A stretch of DNA of 64,000 nucleotides from Dicyema japonicum. Its lineage: Eukaryota > Animalia > Dicyemida. The notes beneath the pieces were generated by a model. The model saw only the letters and a list, made by a program, of their open reading frames with translations. It was not told the origin of the DNA and made no database searches. Positions 1-14,322 of this stretch are shown one piece after another. The stretch lies in assembly GCA_011109175.1 (NCBI GenBank), contig RDEW01000008.1, positions 264,588-328,587 on the forward strand. The letters run 5' to 3'. Position 1 is the stretch's first letter, and each line of letters starts with the position of its first letter. Position numbers and translations under genes: made by a program.

Positions 1-1500
1 GATTGCAATAATGATTGTTTAATGAATCGTGATCTTCATCCACATTAGTATAAATTTTCTAATTTTGAGTCACGTGTCACAATTAACAATGGATACTATG
101 CCTAAAATAGAAAACAAATGGTGGTGCCTTAGTACTACAAAAAAGAGTCAAATGCAGCTAAATTCTGGATTTACATCTTTCTTCTTTTCCTGGTACAATA
201 TATTAATTATAATTTAGTGTCTTAATTAGATTACTTCTCTAACACTTGTTAATAAAAATTACTAATTATCTAATAATAATTTTTGGTTTATTTTCATATA
301 ATTTTAGAACGTTCTTATGGTCTTACGTTTTAAGAATTTCAGAACCATTGGATACTGAGACTATCCAGAAGTACATCGTTCTTTAATTTTTGATGCTTAT
401 TTTTGGCATCGTTCCCTAATTTTAAATGGTTATTTTTGGTCGACGATCTTTAAAGTTTTTCATATAAATACATGGCTCAATGTATTTGTTGTATATAAAA
501 TTCAAAATAACATAATATCTGATCTTGGATAAGTACTTTTAAATAAACGACTACTTTTTTATTGAAGTAATCTCATCCAGGAAGATATTACATTAAACTG
601 TCTGTCAATACACGTTAAAGTTTTCAGTATGAACGTTTGTAATTGTATTGCTCTTAAACCTCCNTTCTTTAATTTTTGATGCTTATTTTTGGCATCGTTC
701 CCTAATTTTAAATGCTTATTTTTGGTCGACGATCTTTAACGTTTTTCATAGAAATACATGGCTCAATGTATTTGTTGTATATAAAATTCAAAATAACATA
801 ATATCTGATCTTGGATAAGTACTTTTAAATAAACGACTACTTTTTTTATTGAAGTAATTTCATCCAGGAAGATATTACATTAAACTGTCTGTCAATACAC
901 GTTAAAGTTTTCAGCCTGAACGTTTGTAGTTGTATTGCTCTTAAACCTCCTCCCAGTTAAGGTTTTTCTTTTTATCTTCGAAGAATAGTAGTTTACAATT
1001 TATTCTCAAAAATTGGTAGTAGTCAAGGATCACTTCAACAAAGGTACACTATTTGACCGCGACATTTTATGTCCTTAGCGCATCCTGCAATCATGCGCTG
1101 CAAGAAATTTTGATCATCAATTTTGGAATGTAATGTTAGAGATAGTTGAACAGTATGAGTGACAATAAAGAGTCTTAAAAAACTTCTTTGATAATCGTGA
1201 TCTTGGTTTTATAATAGTAAAGTTATACGTATTTCTCTCAATAACACCTTCAACGTAGCCCATGCTCTCAATAGAGTGGTAGAGAATGAGTCATTTTTCA
1301 TTTTTCAGTCTCTAGAAGCGAAATGAAAAAGTTCTTCCAAATGTCCGGCAAAGAAGATCAAGAAGTTATTTAAATCAGTATTCGCAGTGTTTTAGATTGT
1401 TGGCGGAGATGACTTTGTGACTACACGTACAAGTAACGTGTAACAAAGTAAAAAACTATTCCACATCATTCAGGGTTATGAAGGCTGTATGAGGTGTAGT
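1..1500 (-). repeat. Diverged copy of an unassigned repeat or decayed gene family (paralogous to 3684-5085)
   Basis: 1-215 aligns by eye with 3684-3920 (gattgcaata.a.gattgtttaatgaat...ttttcctggt). 1145-1380 aligns with 4370-4460 and 4708-4810 (agttgaacagt..gagtgaca; agttcttccaa...gatcaagaa). Minus-strand frames are protein-like but broken by stops. Confidence 0.55.
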
Positions 1501-3683
1501 TTCATTTCTACAATGCTTCATATGTCGGAAACAGTCTAAGTTTTTTGGAAAAACCAAGTCGACCTCGTCGTTGATTAAATCGAGTGCTTCCTGAAAAATA
1601 AAGCGTATAAATGTTTGTGACAATCATAACAGGAGGTTCTATTCGTGTGTATGGTAAGGTTAATTATATGTGAGATTCTTGAATTAAGTGATTAAGAACG
1701 AAATGGTGTCTGCCTAGCATTTGATTCTTATTAGTGAAATTATTCTTTTTACCAATTTATGATTTTTTTTATAAATTTCTTAATTATGTGCAGAGAAGTG
1801 TTAAAATTAAATTATTTTGAGAATCATATCCTTTTCCAAAATAGTTGAGGTAAATTTTATTGCTGTTCTTTCGACCTAAAACCCTAGCATTTGATTCTTA
1901 TTAGTGAAATTATTCTTTTTACCAATTTATGATTTTTTTTATAAATTTCTTAATTATGTGCAGAGAAGTGTTAAAATTAAATTATTATGAGAATCATATC
2001 CTTTTCCAAAATAGTTGAGGTAAATTTTTTTGCTGTTTTTTCGACCTAAAACATTCGATTACAAAATTTGATAAAAAAAAATTATACATAATTGTTAGAA
2101 AGACTTGTGGTAAAAATCACTGACTAATTCCTTGATCCTTCTCTGACAATTCCAAGAAGCTAGAAAATTATCTCTTTCTTGGGGGGCGAGATTGCATTCC
2201 CAATTCCTTTGATGAGTTACATTATAACGACACAAAGCCTTCAACAACGATTGGGATGGAAGAGAAGCAGTCTTTAAGGTTCTAGTACTTTTTCAATTTC
2301 TATTCTCAACAGCGTAATTTATATCTAATTTACACATTGATTTCTGACTTTATTTTCTACCTCCGTCATTAAGAGGTGTGCTTACGTTGTCAATTGATTA
2401 AATGGTTTGTTGAAGTTTATTACATTGTTGTCTAGAGAATTAAATTTGGAGACTCCAGAAATCATTAAGTATGACTAATTTGAACTTTCGAATTGGGTGA
2501 AGAGACCATTGTGAATACGGGTGATGTTGAACAGTCGTTCGATCTAATAAGTACTCTCGTATTTTCGGGGAATTGTGCGGATTGATGTTTTAAAATTATT
2601 TAAGGAATTCAATTAAATACGGATGATTAATAATTATTAAATGAATTTTTTATATTAATTTTGTGATTAATTAACTTTATTGTCAAAAAATAAAATCAAT
2701 TATTCACAATGTTCAGCTGACTCCAGTTACTAATCAACTATTAGTAAGCAGACCGTCATCTGCACCATTAATCGATCCCCTATAAAGGAAGCCAGTAACT
2801 CATGGATGTAGGTGATATTTCATTGACCACAAAATCAATGTTATTCTTGACGTGCTGACTTCAGATTGTATTTTACTAAATTGCACTTTGAGTATTTAAG
2901 ACTCTTGGAAGTGGATAGAAAAGTCCAAGCTATATTTAAACAACTTTGTTTAAGACACACATAAGAACGTGTCCTTTCACGCAGTTCGTGGGAATACTCT
3001 TGTGCGGAATGCAAGGTATATTACACGATTCAAAAATAATTGCTGAATATTTTTCCTATATACAATTTTTTAAACGATTTTTGCAATTTTGAGAAAATGA
3101 TTTTTTTGTTTTACACATTATTTTGTGATATCGTGGGTATTCTATTTGAACAAATTTAGATAAAAGGTAGTATAACAGAAGATTAGAGGTCGCAACTGTT
3201 ATTGATGGCGGATTTGTTTTTTTTATATTTTAAAAATTGTAAAAAAGGTTCAACTATAATGAAACACAAATGATACAGTACATGAGTAATTTGTTAAATT
3301 TGTCTCAAAAAGTATACACAATTGATTATGATTCAGTATTTGACGCAATAGATATAGAATTAAAACCTATAAAAATATATTTCACTAACGACACTACACG
3401 ATCTAATCCTATAACAGCTGCTCTATTCATAGTGTTTCATGGCTATCTAAGCTGAGCAGATGCAGTTTTATTTTTTGAGTTATTATTCAAGTTAATTCTC
3501 AGAAATTCTGTTGTAAAAACGAAATCGGATGAATATCCGGTGGGAATCGCATCGGTAAAAACTGTTGCACAGCTACAGCTGTGGGAATTGATTTAAAAAA
3601 TACGACGATGAAGTGACTTCTGAGATTATGTCTCATGACTTATTCCACGTATTTGGGTACAGACACGTGAACACGACTGCAAG

Positions 3684-5085
3684 TGATTGCAATAAAGATT
3701 GTTTAATGAATACTCATGTTCATAAGCATGAGTATAAATTATATAATTTTGAGACACGTGTCACGATTAACAATCAATACCGTACTTACAATAGAAAACA
3801 AATAAGGGTGCCTTAATATCACCAATTATAATGAGACTACTACTTATAATGAGTCGAATCCTGTTAACTTTTGGATTTACGCCTTTCTTTTCCTGGTGCC
3901 ATATGTTAATTATAATTTTGGGACTTTAGTGCTAAGTGGCTACTTAAATTTAAGATTTTTTTGTTTTTTTCTTATGTTCCTTTTCTTCCCTTTTGGCTCC
4001 ATAGAGCTTGAATTGATAGTGAGCATTATTTGGACCAACATCCACAATGACAGCGATAATAGAGATCTTTTCTTATCGACGATTTTCCGTATAAAATACG
4101 AACAACACATTTGGATCACCGTTCGTGGAATATCATATAGGAATAAGTTGAACAGTGANAAGTGGCTACTTAAATTTAAGATTTTTTTGTTTTTTTCTTA
4201 TGTTCCTTTTCTTCCCTTTTGGCTCCATAGAGCTTGAATTGATAGTGAGCATCATTTGGACCAACATCCACAATTACAGCAATAAAAAAGATCTTTTCTT
4301 ATTGACGATTTTCCGTATAAAATATGAACAACAAATTCGGATCAACGTTCATGGTATATCATATGGAAATAAGTTGAACAGTGAGTGACAGTGGAGAGTC
4401 TTGTTGACCATTATTAGAAAGTACCCGTGATTTGGTTGGTATAATAGCAAACTTATCAGCATCTCCCCTTAAGGAAATTTCCAGTCCATAATTTTTATGA
4501 TCTTATGAATATCAATCGTATAAATCTCCCTATCGAATGATCTTCGTATACGTCTATTGATATTAGTACATATACTACCTTTTTCATTAAAATTAGAGAC
4601 GATTGCTGGAAAAAAAGTATAGGTAAAACAAAAAAATTCAACATTACAAATCTTTTTAATACTTTCCATGTAGTACATTTAATTTTTACTGGGCAGTAGG
4701 GAATGCGTCATTTTTCAAATTTCCAGTTTTAAGAATCTGTCTGAAAGAGTTCTTCCAAGCGATGGTCAGGTAAGAGTGTAGATCAAGAAATTATATAAAT
4801 CAGTTATGATATCATATAAGTTAAAATATGTAAATATTAAAAAAACNTCGGTAAAACAAAAAAATTCAACATTACAAATCTTTTTAATACTTTCCATGTA
4901 GTACATTTAATTTTTACTGGGCATTAGGGGATGCGTCATTTTTTAAATTTCCAGTCTTAAGAATCTGTCTGAAACAGATTGAAAGAGTTCTTCCAAGCGA
5001 TGGTCAGGTGAGAATGAAGATCAAGAAATTATATAAATCAGTTATGATATCATATAAGTTAAAATATGTAAATATTAAAAAAACA
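3684..5085 (-). repeat. Second diverged copy of the same unassigned family; contains N-flanked duplications
   Basis: Similarity to 1-1500. Minus-frame peptide ...IAVIVDVGPNNAHYQFKLYGAKREEKEHKKK is interrupted by stops. Confidence 0.55.
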
Positions 5086-5644
5086 GGATTTGGACCACTT
5101 CAGATTAAAGCTCTCTCAATTTCACTTTATAATTGATAATTTAATATTTTTAAGACAAATTTTCTTTTTAGATATTACATAACTTTTATTGTTTGTAAAA
5201 TCATAACATTGAATTATTCAATAAACTGTGCAATAATTCAATAATTTTTTCTAAAGTAACAATTAATTAATTAAAACAGCAATCGATCCAAAGTGGTCCC
5301 CGCCGACAATATCGACGTTGTGTTGCATTTCCCGATTGCAACAGAGATAAACCGGAGAAGCCAACTGGTCTCACGTGCGTCGTGGATTCTATAATTAATA
5401 ATATATTACCGATTCGAGAAAAAAATTTTGTACAAATTCAAAATCAATTATGGAATCAAGTGAGTAAATGGTCATATAGCACCCGCCCTAACTGCGCGGC
5501 TACTCCCTCTTCAAATAAAAACGGAATTTGGATTTTAAATGCGTACAAAAATATAATTTTTCTTCATATAATGTATGAATCAATAAAAAGTCATAGCTAT
5601 GCATTACTTTATCTGAATATTCAACGTTTTACCGCTTATTTTAA

Positions 5645-5906
5645 CAACTAAAATATTTTATTTTTTTTATTTTTTTATTAAAAAAAATTTATTAACCAAA
5701 GAAACAAATGTTGGTTTAGGAAGCCGGCTGTATGGATAGCGAACGAGTTCCCTCGGAGTATCGCCATTCCAATCTTTTGTCTCAGCCATAACGCCTCTCG
5801 TTGATCCCTTTTCTTTCTGGCAAGCATTCCTCCGAGTTCTCGCAAGTACTCAGCCGTCATTGGACCAACGGCTCCTGATGATTCGACCACAACAGGTGTA
5901 AATCGG
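5645..5906 (-). mobile_element. CRE/SLACS-like non-LTR retrotransposon 3' end (restriction-like endonuclease tail) with A-rich tail
   Basis: Peptide VVESSGAVGPMTAEYLRELGGMLARKKRDQREALWLRQKIGMAILRGNSFAI matches the CRE C-terminal VET.G..G...GD.RE..L.QR.S.AI.RGN motif. Followed by an A-rich run at about 5645-5690. Confidence 0.75.
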
Positions 5907-6234
5907 NNNNNNNNNNNNNNNNNNNNNNNNNNNNNNNNNNNNNNNNNNNNNNNNNNNNNNNNNNNNNNNNNNNNNNNNNNNNNNNNNNNNNNNNNNNNNN
6001 NNNNNNNNNNNNNNNNNNNNNNNNNNNNNNNNNNNNNNNNNNNNNNNNNNNNNNNNNNNNNNNNNNNNNNNNNNNNNNNNNNNNNNNNNNNNNNNNNNNN
6101 NNNNNNNNNNNNNNNNNNNNNNNNNNNNNNNNNNNNNNNNNNNNNNNNNNNNNNNNNNNNNNNNNNNNNNNNNNNNNNNNNNNNNNNNNNNNNNNNNNNN
6201 NNNNNNNNNNNNNNNNNNNNNNNNNNNNNNNNNN
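5907..6234. other. Assembly gap (328 N)
   Basis: Run of N. Confidence 1.
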
Positions 6235-6420
6235 ATTGTTTTCAACTCCCTGCCTATGGATTTTAGGTTCTCATTTAGCGTGATAGGTAAGGTTGTTCTA
6301 GGCCTTCCTCGGAATGATTTTGTTTTTTCCATGAAATATTCATCTATTACGTGATTTGCCGGGACATCCAGGTCCATCCTCAGAATGTACCGAACAGTCT
6401 CCATCTCGATCTTCAAACAC
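6235..6420 (-). mobile_element. RTE-clade LINE, C-terminal fragment
   Basis: YILRMDLDVPANHVIDEYFMEKTKSFRGRPRTTLPITLNENLKSIG matches the RTE GHILR...PA...YF...RGRPRTTLP tail. Confidence 0.7.
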
Positions 6421-9400
6421 AAGAAAAAGAAAAAAGAAGTGAAGATCATTCCTTGGTTCTACGATTAGTTAAAATTAACTGTTCTTTACTTAAATAAAGT
6501 GTGCCTATGCGGAGTTATTAATATTATGGCTATCGTGAAAAGGCTATTATTACATTTTTATCGTTCATATGATTATATAATTGAATTATGAAATAAACTG
6601 CGTAATAATTTAATAATACTAATATATAAAAACCACGTCAAATATTATTTTAAATTGTAAATTGAAATCTGATTCAAACAGTACTAAACAAATATAATTA
6701 ATTTATGGGGGAATACGAAATGGTAGGAGTGGCTAAACGACTTCTACCAGACAGTATCCTCAAGAAATCAACAAACACAGGGTTGTCTCTGAAGATAAAT
6801 CCAAAATCTGATTCAATATTCCAATTCATATATAAACAAAATAGAATCTCAAATACAACAAAATTTTTTTGAGTTTTTTTTAAATCGAAACAGAAAGCTT
6901 TTCTAATACATTTAGAAAAAAATTATATTTTAAATTATATCATTTTGATTGTAATAATTATTGATTTTCAAAATTCACGCACTTTTCAAACACATTTATT
7001 TTATTGTCATTTATCATTAAAAGTTTTATTATTCCCAAAATGAGAATATTTTTTTTAATTTAATTACGTTTTTAGTGGATTGGCATTTTTTAAATTACGT
7101 TAAAATCTCAAAATTGCTGTATATTTTCAACAAAATAAAAAACAAGAAAAACAGCAAAGTTGACAATGTCTGGCTGATGATTTTCTATTTTGATCTTCAT
7201 TGTAATAATATGCTTATAAAACTCAAAGAAATTGATTAAAGGAAAAAATCTTTTTCAAGGTTGCTCAATTATTTCAACAAACAAAAACCCTTATTAAGTT
7301 ACAAAATCTATAAATTTATTTTGGAAAATATATTTCCGATGTAAACAGCGTAAAACAACTCCTATAAAATCAAAACAATTTTCTGAATAAAGTAGGTGTA
7401 TATTAATATCTGAGATTGAAATAAGATGTCCAATATGTCATTTTCACTGTTAATAGAAGGATGGCAAGAGTATTCTCAATAATATGAATAAAATGGATTT
7501 CCAAAAAATAATAAAGCCAACGTAATACTGATTTCCCAAGACATAATCTTTGTTGGTTACTTATTAANTAATAGAAGGATGGCGAGAGTATTCTCAATAA
7601 TATGAATAAAGTGGATTTCCAAAAAATAATAAAGCCAACGTAATACTGATTTCCCAAGACATAATCTTTGATGGTTACTTATTAATAAATCCTTGTTTAA
7701 CATGTTTTCCGGAATTCCAGAACGTATTTATAGCAACAATATAATCAACAAGGAAATATGTTATGAAGATAATATTCCTAAGTTGAAAAGGCCTTATCAA
7801 CTAAATACAACATGCTTGACTGAACAATAGCCTTTATTCTGTTTCAGTTACAAGTAAATCGCCTAAATTAATCGTTGAAGAAAATTTCGTCAAATAAGTC
7901 ATTTGTCTTACAATTCTGTGTATTTCATGCTTGTCTTGTTTTGTCCCAGTAAAATGAAATTTTTTTTTGCATTTAGTAAATTATATTTTCATTCAAACTG
8001 AAGCTAGTTGTAGTGAATATGATATGAATTTGACCCCTTTGATGTGTGGTTGATGGATCAACTAATATACAAATAGCTTTCACTGAAAATTGATGTTTTC
8101 ATGATTGTCTATTAAAATTGAAGAATCATTGCAATTTGAAAGCAAATGCTTAGTACACGGAATATTCCTTATTATGAAGAAATTTATTAAGAAATTCGAA
8201 TGGCATAAATATTTATTAAAATTTCCGTGAATCAATAATAGCAGCCGTTAATATTTTTGTTAGTTTTTAAATTTTGGAGAGATTAAAAACATTTTACGTT
8301 TTACATCAGTTTTGATTATTTTTTAAAGAGATCTAACGTATTTGGGAAATTGTCTCTAACTGATTTACGAAAAGTAACACATAGTTCTTAGAATAAACTC
8401 GAGTTTTAAAATTATAGATGGCTTATTAAATACTTCAATGGTCAGATATTTTTCATTTCTGGGGGGATTTATTCACAAAAGTCTGATGTTTTGTTATCAA
8501 ATTTGTTGTTAAATACTTTTGTTTTTTTACTTAGGAAAATTAGCCATTTTCTATGATTCAGCAATGATCAAGACGCATCTCCAGTTACTTTGAGGTTCAA
8601 GGGAGAGACTATAGAGCAAAACCTTCAAAAATTAAAAGTATTTGGGCACACTTGGATGGTAAGACAGTCTCCATCAAGATACATAACGACTGGATTACCA
8701 AAAGTCAAGCTTATCACTACGGATTATATCAACGTAGTTTCTGTGGCTCATTCTTCTTATTTCATAGCTCTTTATGTCATTCACTAATTTAGCCATGCTA
8801 CTCTCTGTTAGCTTAATTTAACCAAGTAGAATTATTTTTAAATAATTTTTTTTTTGAATTTCAACATCAGACTTTCCCGTGTAAAGGTGGGTAATACCAT
8901 CCCTGAGACGCAACTTGTGTAGACTGCTTCTTTTATTCAACTTCATAATGATAGTCACCACCCAGTTCTGCCTCAGCAAAAGTCGGAACTTAAAGATAAA
9001 ATACGCGAGCCTAGGAAAACAGCTAGTTTTTAAAACAATCTCAGCTTAGACCACTGAAATTCTAACCCAAATCCTTTCCTTACTGTACGCCATCGGGTTG
9101 TTGATGACAAAAATGGAAAAATGGATAGCCAAAAAAAGGAATGAGAGATTTAGTATGATATCTAAAGTGATTTTTTTAAATCGTTTTTGTATTCACTCCA
9201 GAATTAATTACTATCAGCTACTGTTCACAGTCCATCAATGAATCACGTTACATTCGAAGAAATACTACTTTTACCTGCGAGATCGAAAGAGCAGTGCGTG
9301 TCTTGTGGATATTGCAAGGCGAGGAAGTACTGGTTGAATTGCACATCTTGTGAGTGATTTTTCCAGTGACGCCGTCATCAGTGGATATTCACTCCGGAAC

Positions 9401-10049
9401 TGGATAGTCTAAAACAGACTCACATACAAGAAAAATGTATTCAAATGATAAATTGGTCTTTCATAATTAATGATGGGAAATTATATCTGAAGGATGTAAA
9501 CGGGCTACTCAGGAAATAACTGCTCAGGAGATTCATAATACAATGACTAGTGAACAATCATTTGGAAGATCTTTGTAAAAGAAATTTTTTATAATAAAAA
9601 GAAGATCATTCGACAGAGGTTACATAAAATGTTCAGAGGAATATCGAATAGTCGAACACATCATTAAAGACCAGGCATTTTCAATTCCCAACAAGCATAA
9701 TAAATTTCGAATCATTCTATGAACAGAAAATATGTTCCATATGTGCTTTGCTACGTAAAACACATGGTATGATGCCCTAATGAATATTTTGGAAGATAAA
9801 GTAATAAGCAAGCGTTGAACATATTGTCAAAAAAATATATCCTGATAAAAATCCTAACATTCTACAACTATTAATTGAAAATTATATCAAAAAATATCAC
9901 AAAAATCAGTCGTCGTGTCAGACAATCAAGGGTATCACTATGAAATCTCAGGTTTGCAGAATATTTTAAACGCCATACTAACTTTCGATCTTTTGTACAA
10001 AATAGAATAAAAAGGAGTCTTGGGAGANGAAGGCAAAAGAAGCCTCAAA

Positions 10050-10720
10050 GCTGAAAATGAGAAATTATTGGCGAAATGGATTGTTAAAGATTTATGTAAG
10101 AAAACCAAAATTCAATTTTTGTTGGAGATTGCAGTGGTGAGCACAATATCTATGGGTGCGTAAAATCTAATCTGGAAGGAAAATGTTTACTTGAGATTAA
10201 GGAATCTTCAATTTTTCACATCTGAAGAGTTGTTGATGCATCTGGATCTTTCAAGACTCATATAATTGGCAGAAAGAAGAAAGCTACCGCAATAACAATA
10301 TCTATGGGTGCGTAAAATCTAATCTGGAAGGAAAATGTTTACTTGAGATTAAGGAATCTTCAATTTTTCACATCTGAAGACTTGTTGATGCATCTGGATC
10401 TTTCAAGACTCATATAATTGGCAGAAAGAAGAAAGCTACCGCAATACTGAAAGCCCTTATACGATTTCTGTTTAAACCGGAATCCTTTCTATGCGTATAC
10501 TCTGCGTTTATAGAACCTTTCCTGATCTATGAAATTCAAAGATGGTTCGAAAGCTAGGTGAGAAATAAACATTTGGAACTCTTAAATAAAATGCGGAGAT
10601 ATGCCATTAAACTGGCGTATGGGGTGGATCTGAAATCCAAATTATCCCCAAAGTTAGAGGGATCTTTACGATTCATTGAAAGATTGCTGCATCGCTTAAA
10701 CATATATTAGTGCAAGGTAT
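10050..10720 (+). mobile_element. Degenerate LINE RT thumb/C-terminal region
   Basis: VDASGSFKTHIIGRKKKATAILKALIRF...CVYSAFIEPFLIY..RW, with stops. Includes a 152-bp tandem duplication. Confidence 0.5.
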
Positions 10721-11002
10721 CAATATTTTCGAGGAAGCCCACTATAGTCAACACCAACAGACTACAATCTCACCTCCTTTCTTTTTCGGCTTCGATTTCT
10801 TATTTGGCGACTTAATCTTATCTCATAATTAGTAAAGAGTTTGTTTTTGTATAATAAACTGTTATGTTCTTTATGTTCAAAATAAAAGTATTTTGAACTT
10901 TTTGCCTTTGTCACATTTTCAATTTTTTGATAATTTAGCAATTATAATTTCCACGTTGTTGTCGTCGTTAATATATACAGTTCTCTCTCCTATTATCTAT
11001 TC

Positions 11003-12519
11003 ATGTCTGTTTTTTATGATGTACTACACGAAGACACCTCATGCAAAGGGTGCAGAGTATCCAATTCTCGCAAGTGCGGGATTCGATGTTCTGTATGTGT
11101 TGGTTACTTCCACATAGGTTGTGAAAAACTATCCAAGAAAATTGCTCGATCACTTCCCTCGTGGCCGTGCCATCTGGAACTCACTAAAATTGAACCTCAT
11201 GATCATTTTGTGTCATCTTATGTATCAGACCTTCTGGAAGCCATGTCTCTGGAGGATTTTCTGGTTTTATTATCAAACACGCGACAAAGGAAGATTATCC
11301 CTGTCAGGATCCCCAAGGCTTTCCGGATCTCAATTGCTTCTGCCCTTTTTCTTGCATTGAGAAAGCTGTGTCCAATGGCTCGAAAAAGGATTGGATGGTT
11401 CTTTTCTCTTTCCCTGTCCTGGCTATGGGGTTAGAGCGTAAGCCTACCCCATCTTCTCGGAAACCCTCTCTATCACATGTCCTGAAGAAGCGTGTGAGTG
11501 CCTTTATGGATTCATGGGAGTCCTTGCCTGAAAAATTATTTGTTTCCCCAGTTGATTACTTCCAAAAGTCCAAACAATCCAGTATGGCTCCTGAGAGGCT
11601 TCGCTCACGTGTCAGGAGTAAATTGATGGAGGGCGACCTTACTGCTGCTGTTCGAACTGTTTGTACGGATTCTGACCCAGTGAAAGCCACTCAGGAGACA
11701 CTCTGTATATTGGGACAGAAACATCCTCCAGAACCAGAAGACTTTTGTGAACCTGTTCGACCAGAACAATCTATGCATGGTATTTCCACTTCAGTCATTT
11801 ACAACGCTCTTCGTTCTTTCCGAAGAAGTAGCAGTGGAGGAGTTGACGGTCTCAAACCTGGCCAGAAAAATGGTGGTATTCGCCCCATTGCAATTGGAAA
11901 CGTATTTCGACGTTTATCCGCAAAAATAGCTTGTCGTTTTGTTATCTCCCGAATTTCAGCCGAATTTTGTCCTTCGCAGCTTGGTGTCGGAATCAATGGC
12001 GGCTGTGAAGCTGGGATCCACGCAGTGAGAGAATTTGCATCACAATCAGCTGAATTGAACGTTGACGACAGAGTTTTATTCAAATTGGACCTCCGGAATG
12101 CCTTCAATTCAGTCAGAAGGGACACAGTCCTTGATACCTGTAGGAGGAGGATTCCTCAGATTTATCCCTTTGTATATCTCGCGTATTCGGATCCATCCCC
12201 TCTTGTTTTTGGCAGTGGAATTATTTCATCCGGATCCGGAGTTCAAAAGGGAGACCCACTCGGTCCTCTTCTATTTGCCTTGTCTATCGACCATGTTGCC
12301 CAGGACCGTTGCACTCCACTAAACGTCTGGTATCTGGACGATTGTATTCTCGGTGGAAGTCCCGATGATATTCTCTCCAAAGTTGCATCGATCAGACGTT
12401 TGTGTGGAAAAATCTGTCTGGAATTTAACAATGAAAAGTGCGAAGCAATTAATCTGAATTTGAGTTCTGATTCATTCTACCTTTTTCATAGAAAACTCTG
12501 CCTGACAATAATGATTTGA
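11003..12519 (+). mobile_element. CRE-like non-LTR retrotransposon ORF: N-terminal PHD finger plus reverse transcriptase; frameshifted, internally deleted, 3'-truncated
   Basis: PHD: CKGC..CSVC..H..C..W.C in 11003-11190. RIPKAFR motif. RT motifs GIRPIAIGNVFRRL, QLGVG, DLRNAFNSV, GVQKGDPLGPLLF, WYLDD. One-base frameshift near 11365; deletion at GLKPGQ|KNGG (about 11862). Confidence 0.85.
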
Positions 12520-13339
12520 TCAATAAAATGTTTAGAACATTTAAAATTAACATTACGTCCGAGTTTTCATGTAGAACTACGGTTAAGTTTCTTGCAGAAA
12601 AAAAAACATAAATAAGTTGACAAAATTATTAAAATTTATTATTAAATTTTAGAAACGAAAAAAGTGAATCATTATGAAAGAAGCCCTGGAATTTACCAAA
12701 AACATATCCGATCGTGATTCTTCTAAACAAAAACATATCGAAATGATAATTTCCAAAAAAATATATGTGGGAAAATATGACAAAATAATGAGTATTTGGA
12801 GACACATGTAAAAAATGGAAATATTTTTCTTGATGGAAATTCCTGATCGCAAAAAAGACAGTATTCCAAAGGAATATAGACGATTTGGAAGTTAATTCAC
12901 CACTTATAACAGACTCTTGGAGAGGATATTAAACAAAAAATCTTCTTCAAAAATCGATATATTGATAATAATAATTTTTTTCATTAAAAATATACATTTT
13001 ACAAAAAAGATGAAAATTTGATTAATTTGTTTCACGAAGTACCAAAAAATCAAATAGTCGAGGAAAATCCATATTTATTGGTTACCAAAATATATTTATA
13101 TTAAACATTTTGAAAACAGGCTTCAACACTATTTGACGATTCCATAATATATATAATATTGAAGAAATTGTAAGGCACTACATAGAGAAATAATATACAG
13201 ACAGGCAGCCAACCACAAGAACGTGGCAACTAAGCGAATTTATATTCGTACGTTTTAAAAGGTTTACCATCTTGTAAAATAATTTTTAAAAATATATAAA
13301 AATTAAATTAATATAAATTAGTCAAAATTTGACTTTAAT

Positions 13340-13810
13340 AAGTATATCTAACTCTTCCAATCAACTCCTAAAACCGACGATTGAGTACGCTTGTGCCTCA
13401 TGGAGCTTCGTTATCAAATTCACTCAAGATCAATACCCTAATTGGCAAACTAGCACGTCAAACGAATATACCCCCGATCTTTTCCCTCCAATGCTTGACC
13501 ACGCCGCAATCAAAAATAATAGCTCCGGCTTCATTTGTCTGTGGGGCCAAGAAACAAGTCGTTTCTTCCATTCAAGGCTAAAGGCCTCAAATACACGAAA
13601 TTTGGGGAAAAAACCCACTCCTCTTCAAACTCTAATGAAAGATGATCGTCGTCTATTCAGGAAAGCCGTGGGTACTCTGGAGGAACACAGGAAAAACCTC
13701 TCGATCCTGTTGAGGCGTACCGGGATCACTTAATTAGTTGGTTTACTCCTTCTTTCTTGGTGTTCCCTTTTCGGGGTTATTAAATAAATAAATAAAAATA
13801 AATAACTTTT
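13340..13810 (+). mobile_element. Jockey/I-group-like LINE 3' end with (TAAA)n tail
   Basis: LLKPTIEYACASW...KPTPLQTLM...FRKAVGTLEEHRKNL..TGIT*, then taaataaataaataaaaataaata. Same family as 63370-64000 and 37140-38140. Confidence 0.7.
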
Positions 13811-13989
13811 CCTGTCGTATTTTTTCATTGCCTCTCTGAGTCGCGTCACGATTGCATTCCCAATTTCACTGGTGACTCCTTTACCAATTTGATTAAGCCT
13901 TTTTGAATTTTCAAATACGTTTGGTATTAAACAGAACCGATCTTTGAAAGCTAGACTTCTTAATTTCCTATATTAAGAATATTCAGCAT

Positions 13990-14210
13990 CCTGATAGTCT
14001 GAATAAACAAAACATACAAGCCGAGAAGCGATATACGAGTTTTTCTCGCCTTACAGCGACTATTGTGAGGTTTGTAGATGTAGAGACTGTGGCGCAAACC
14101 AATTCCGATAAAGAGGCTCTCGTTGTCCAACAAAGTGCTTGGAGTTTCGCTCACATCCACTGTCTTCTATGTACGCTACTCGGAGAAAAGGGAGGCGATG
14201 CTGATTTAGT
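13990..14210 (-). mobile_element. CRE-like fragment (post-RT/zinc-knuckle region)
   Basis: PSTLLDNESLFIGIGLRHSLYIYKPHNSRC resembles CRE LGTLLDNESLRIGVALRLG.ICEPH.C.C. Confidence 0.55.
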
Positions 14211-14322
14211 CTTTTCTCCGTTACGAAAAACTTGCAAGAAACATCATTCAATGATTTCTAATACAGTTTATTCATGAGAACATCTAAGTTTCGAAAATAA
14301 GTGTGGAAGTATTATTAGTAAA

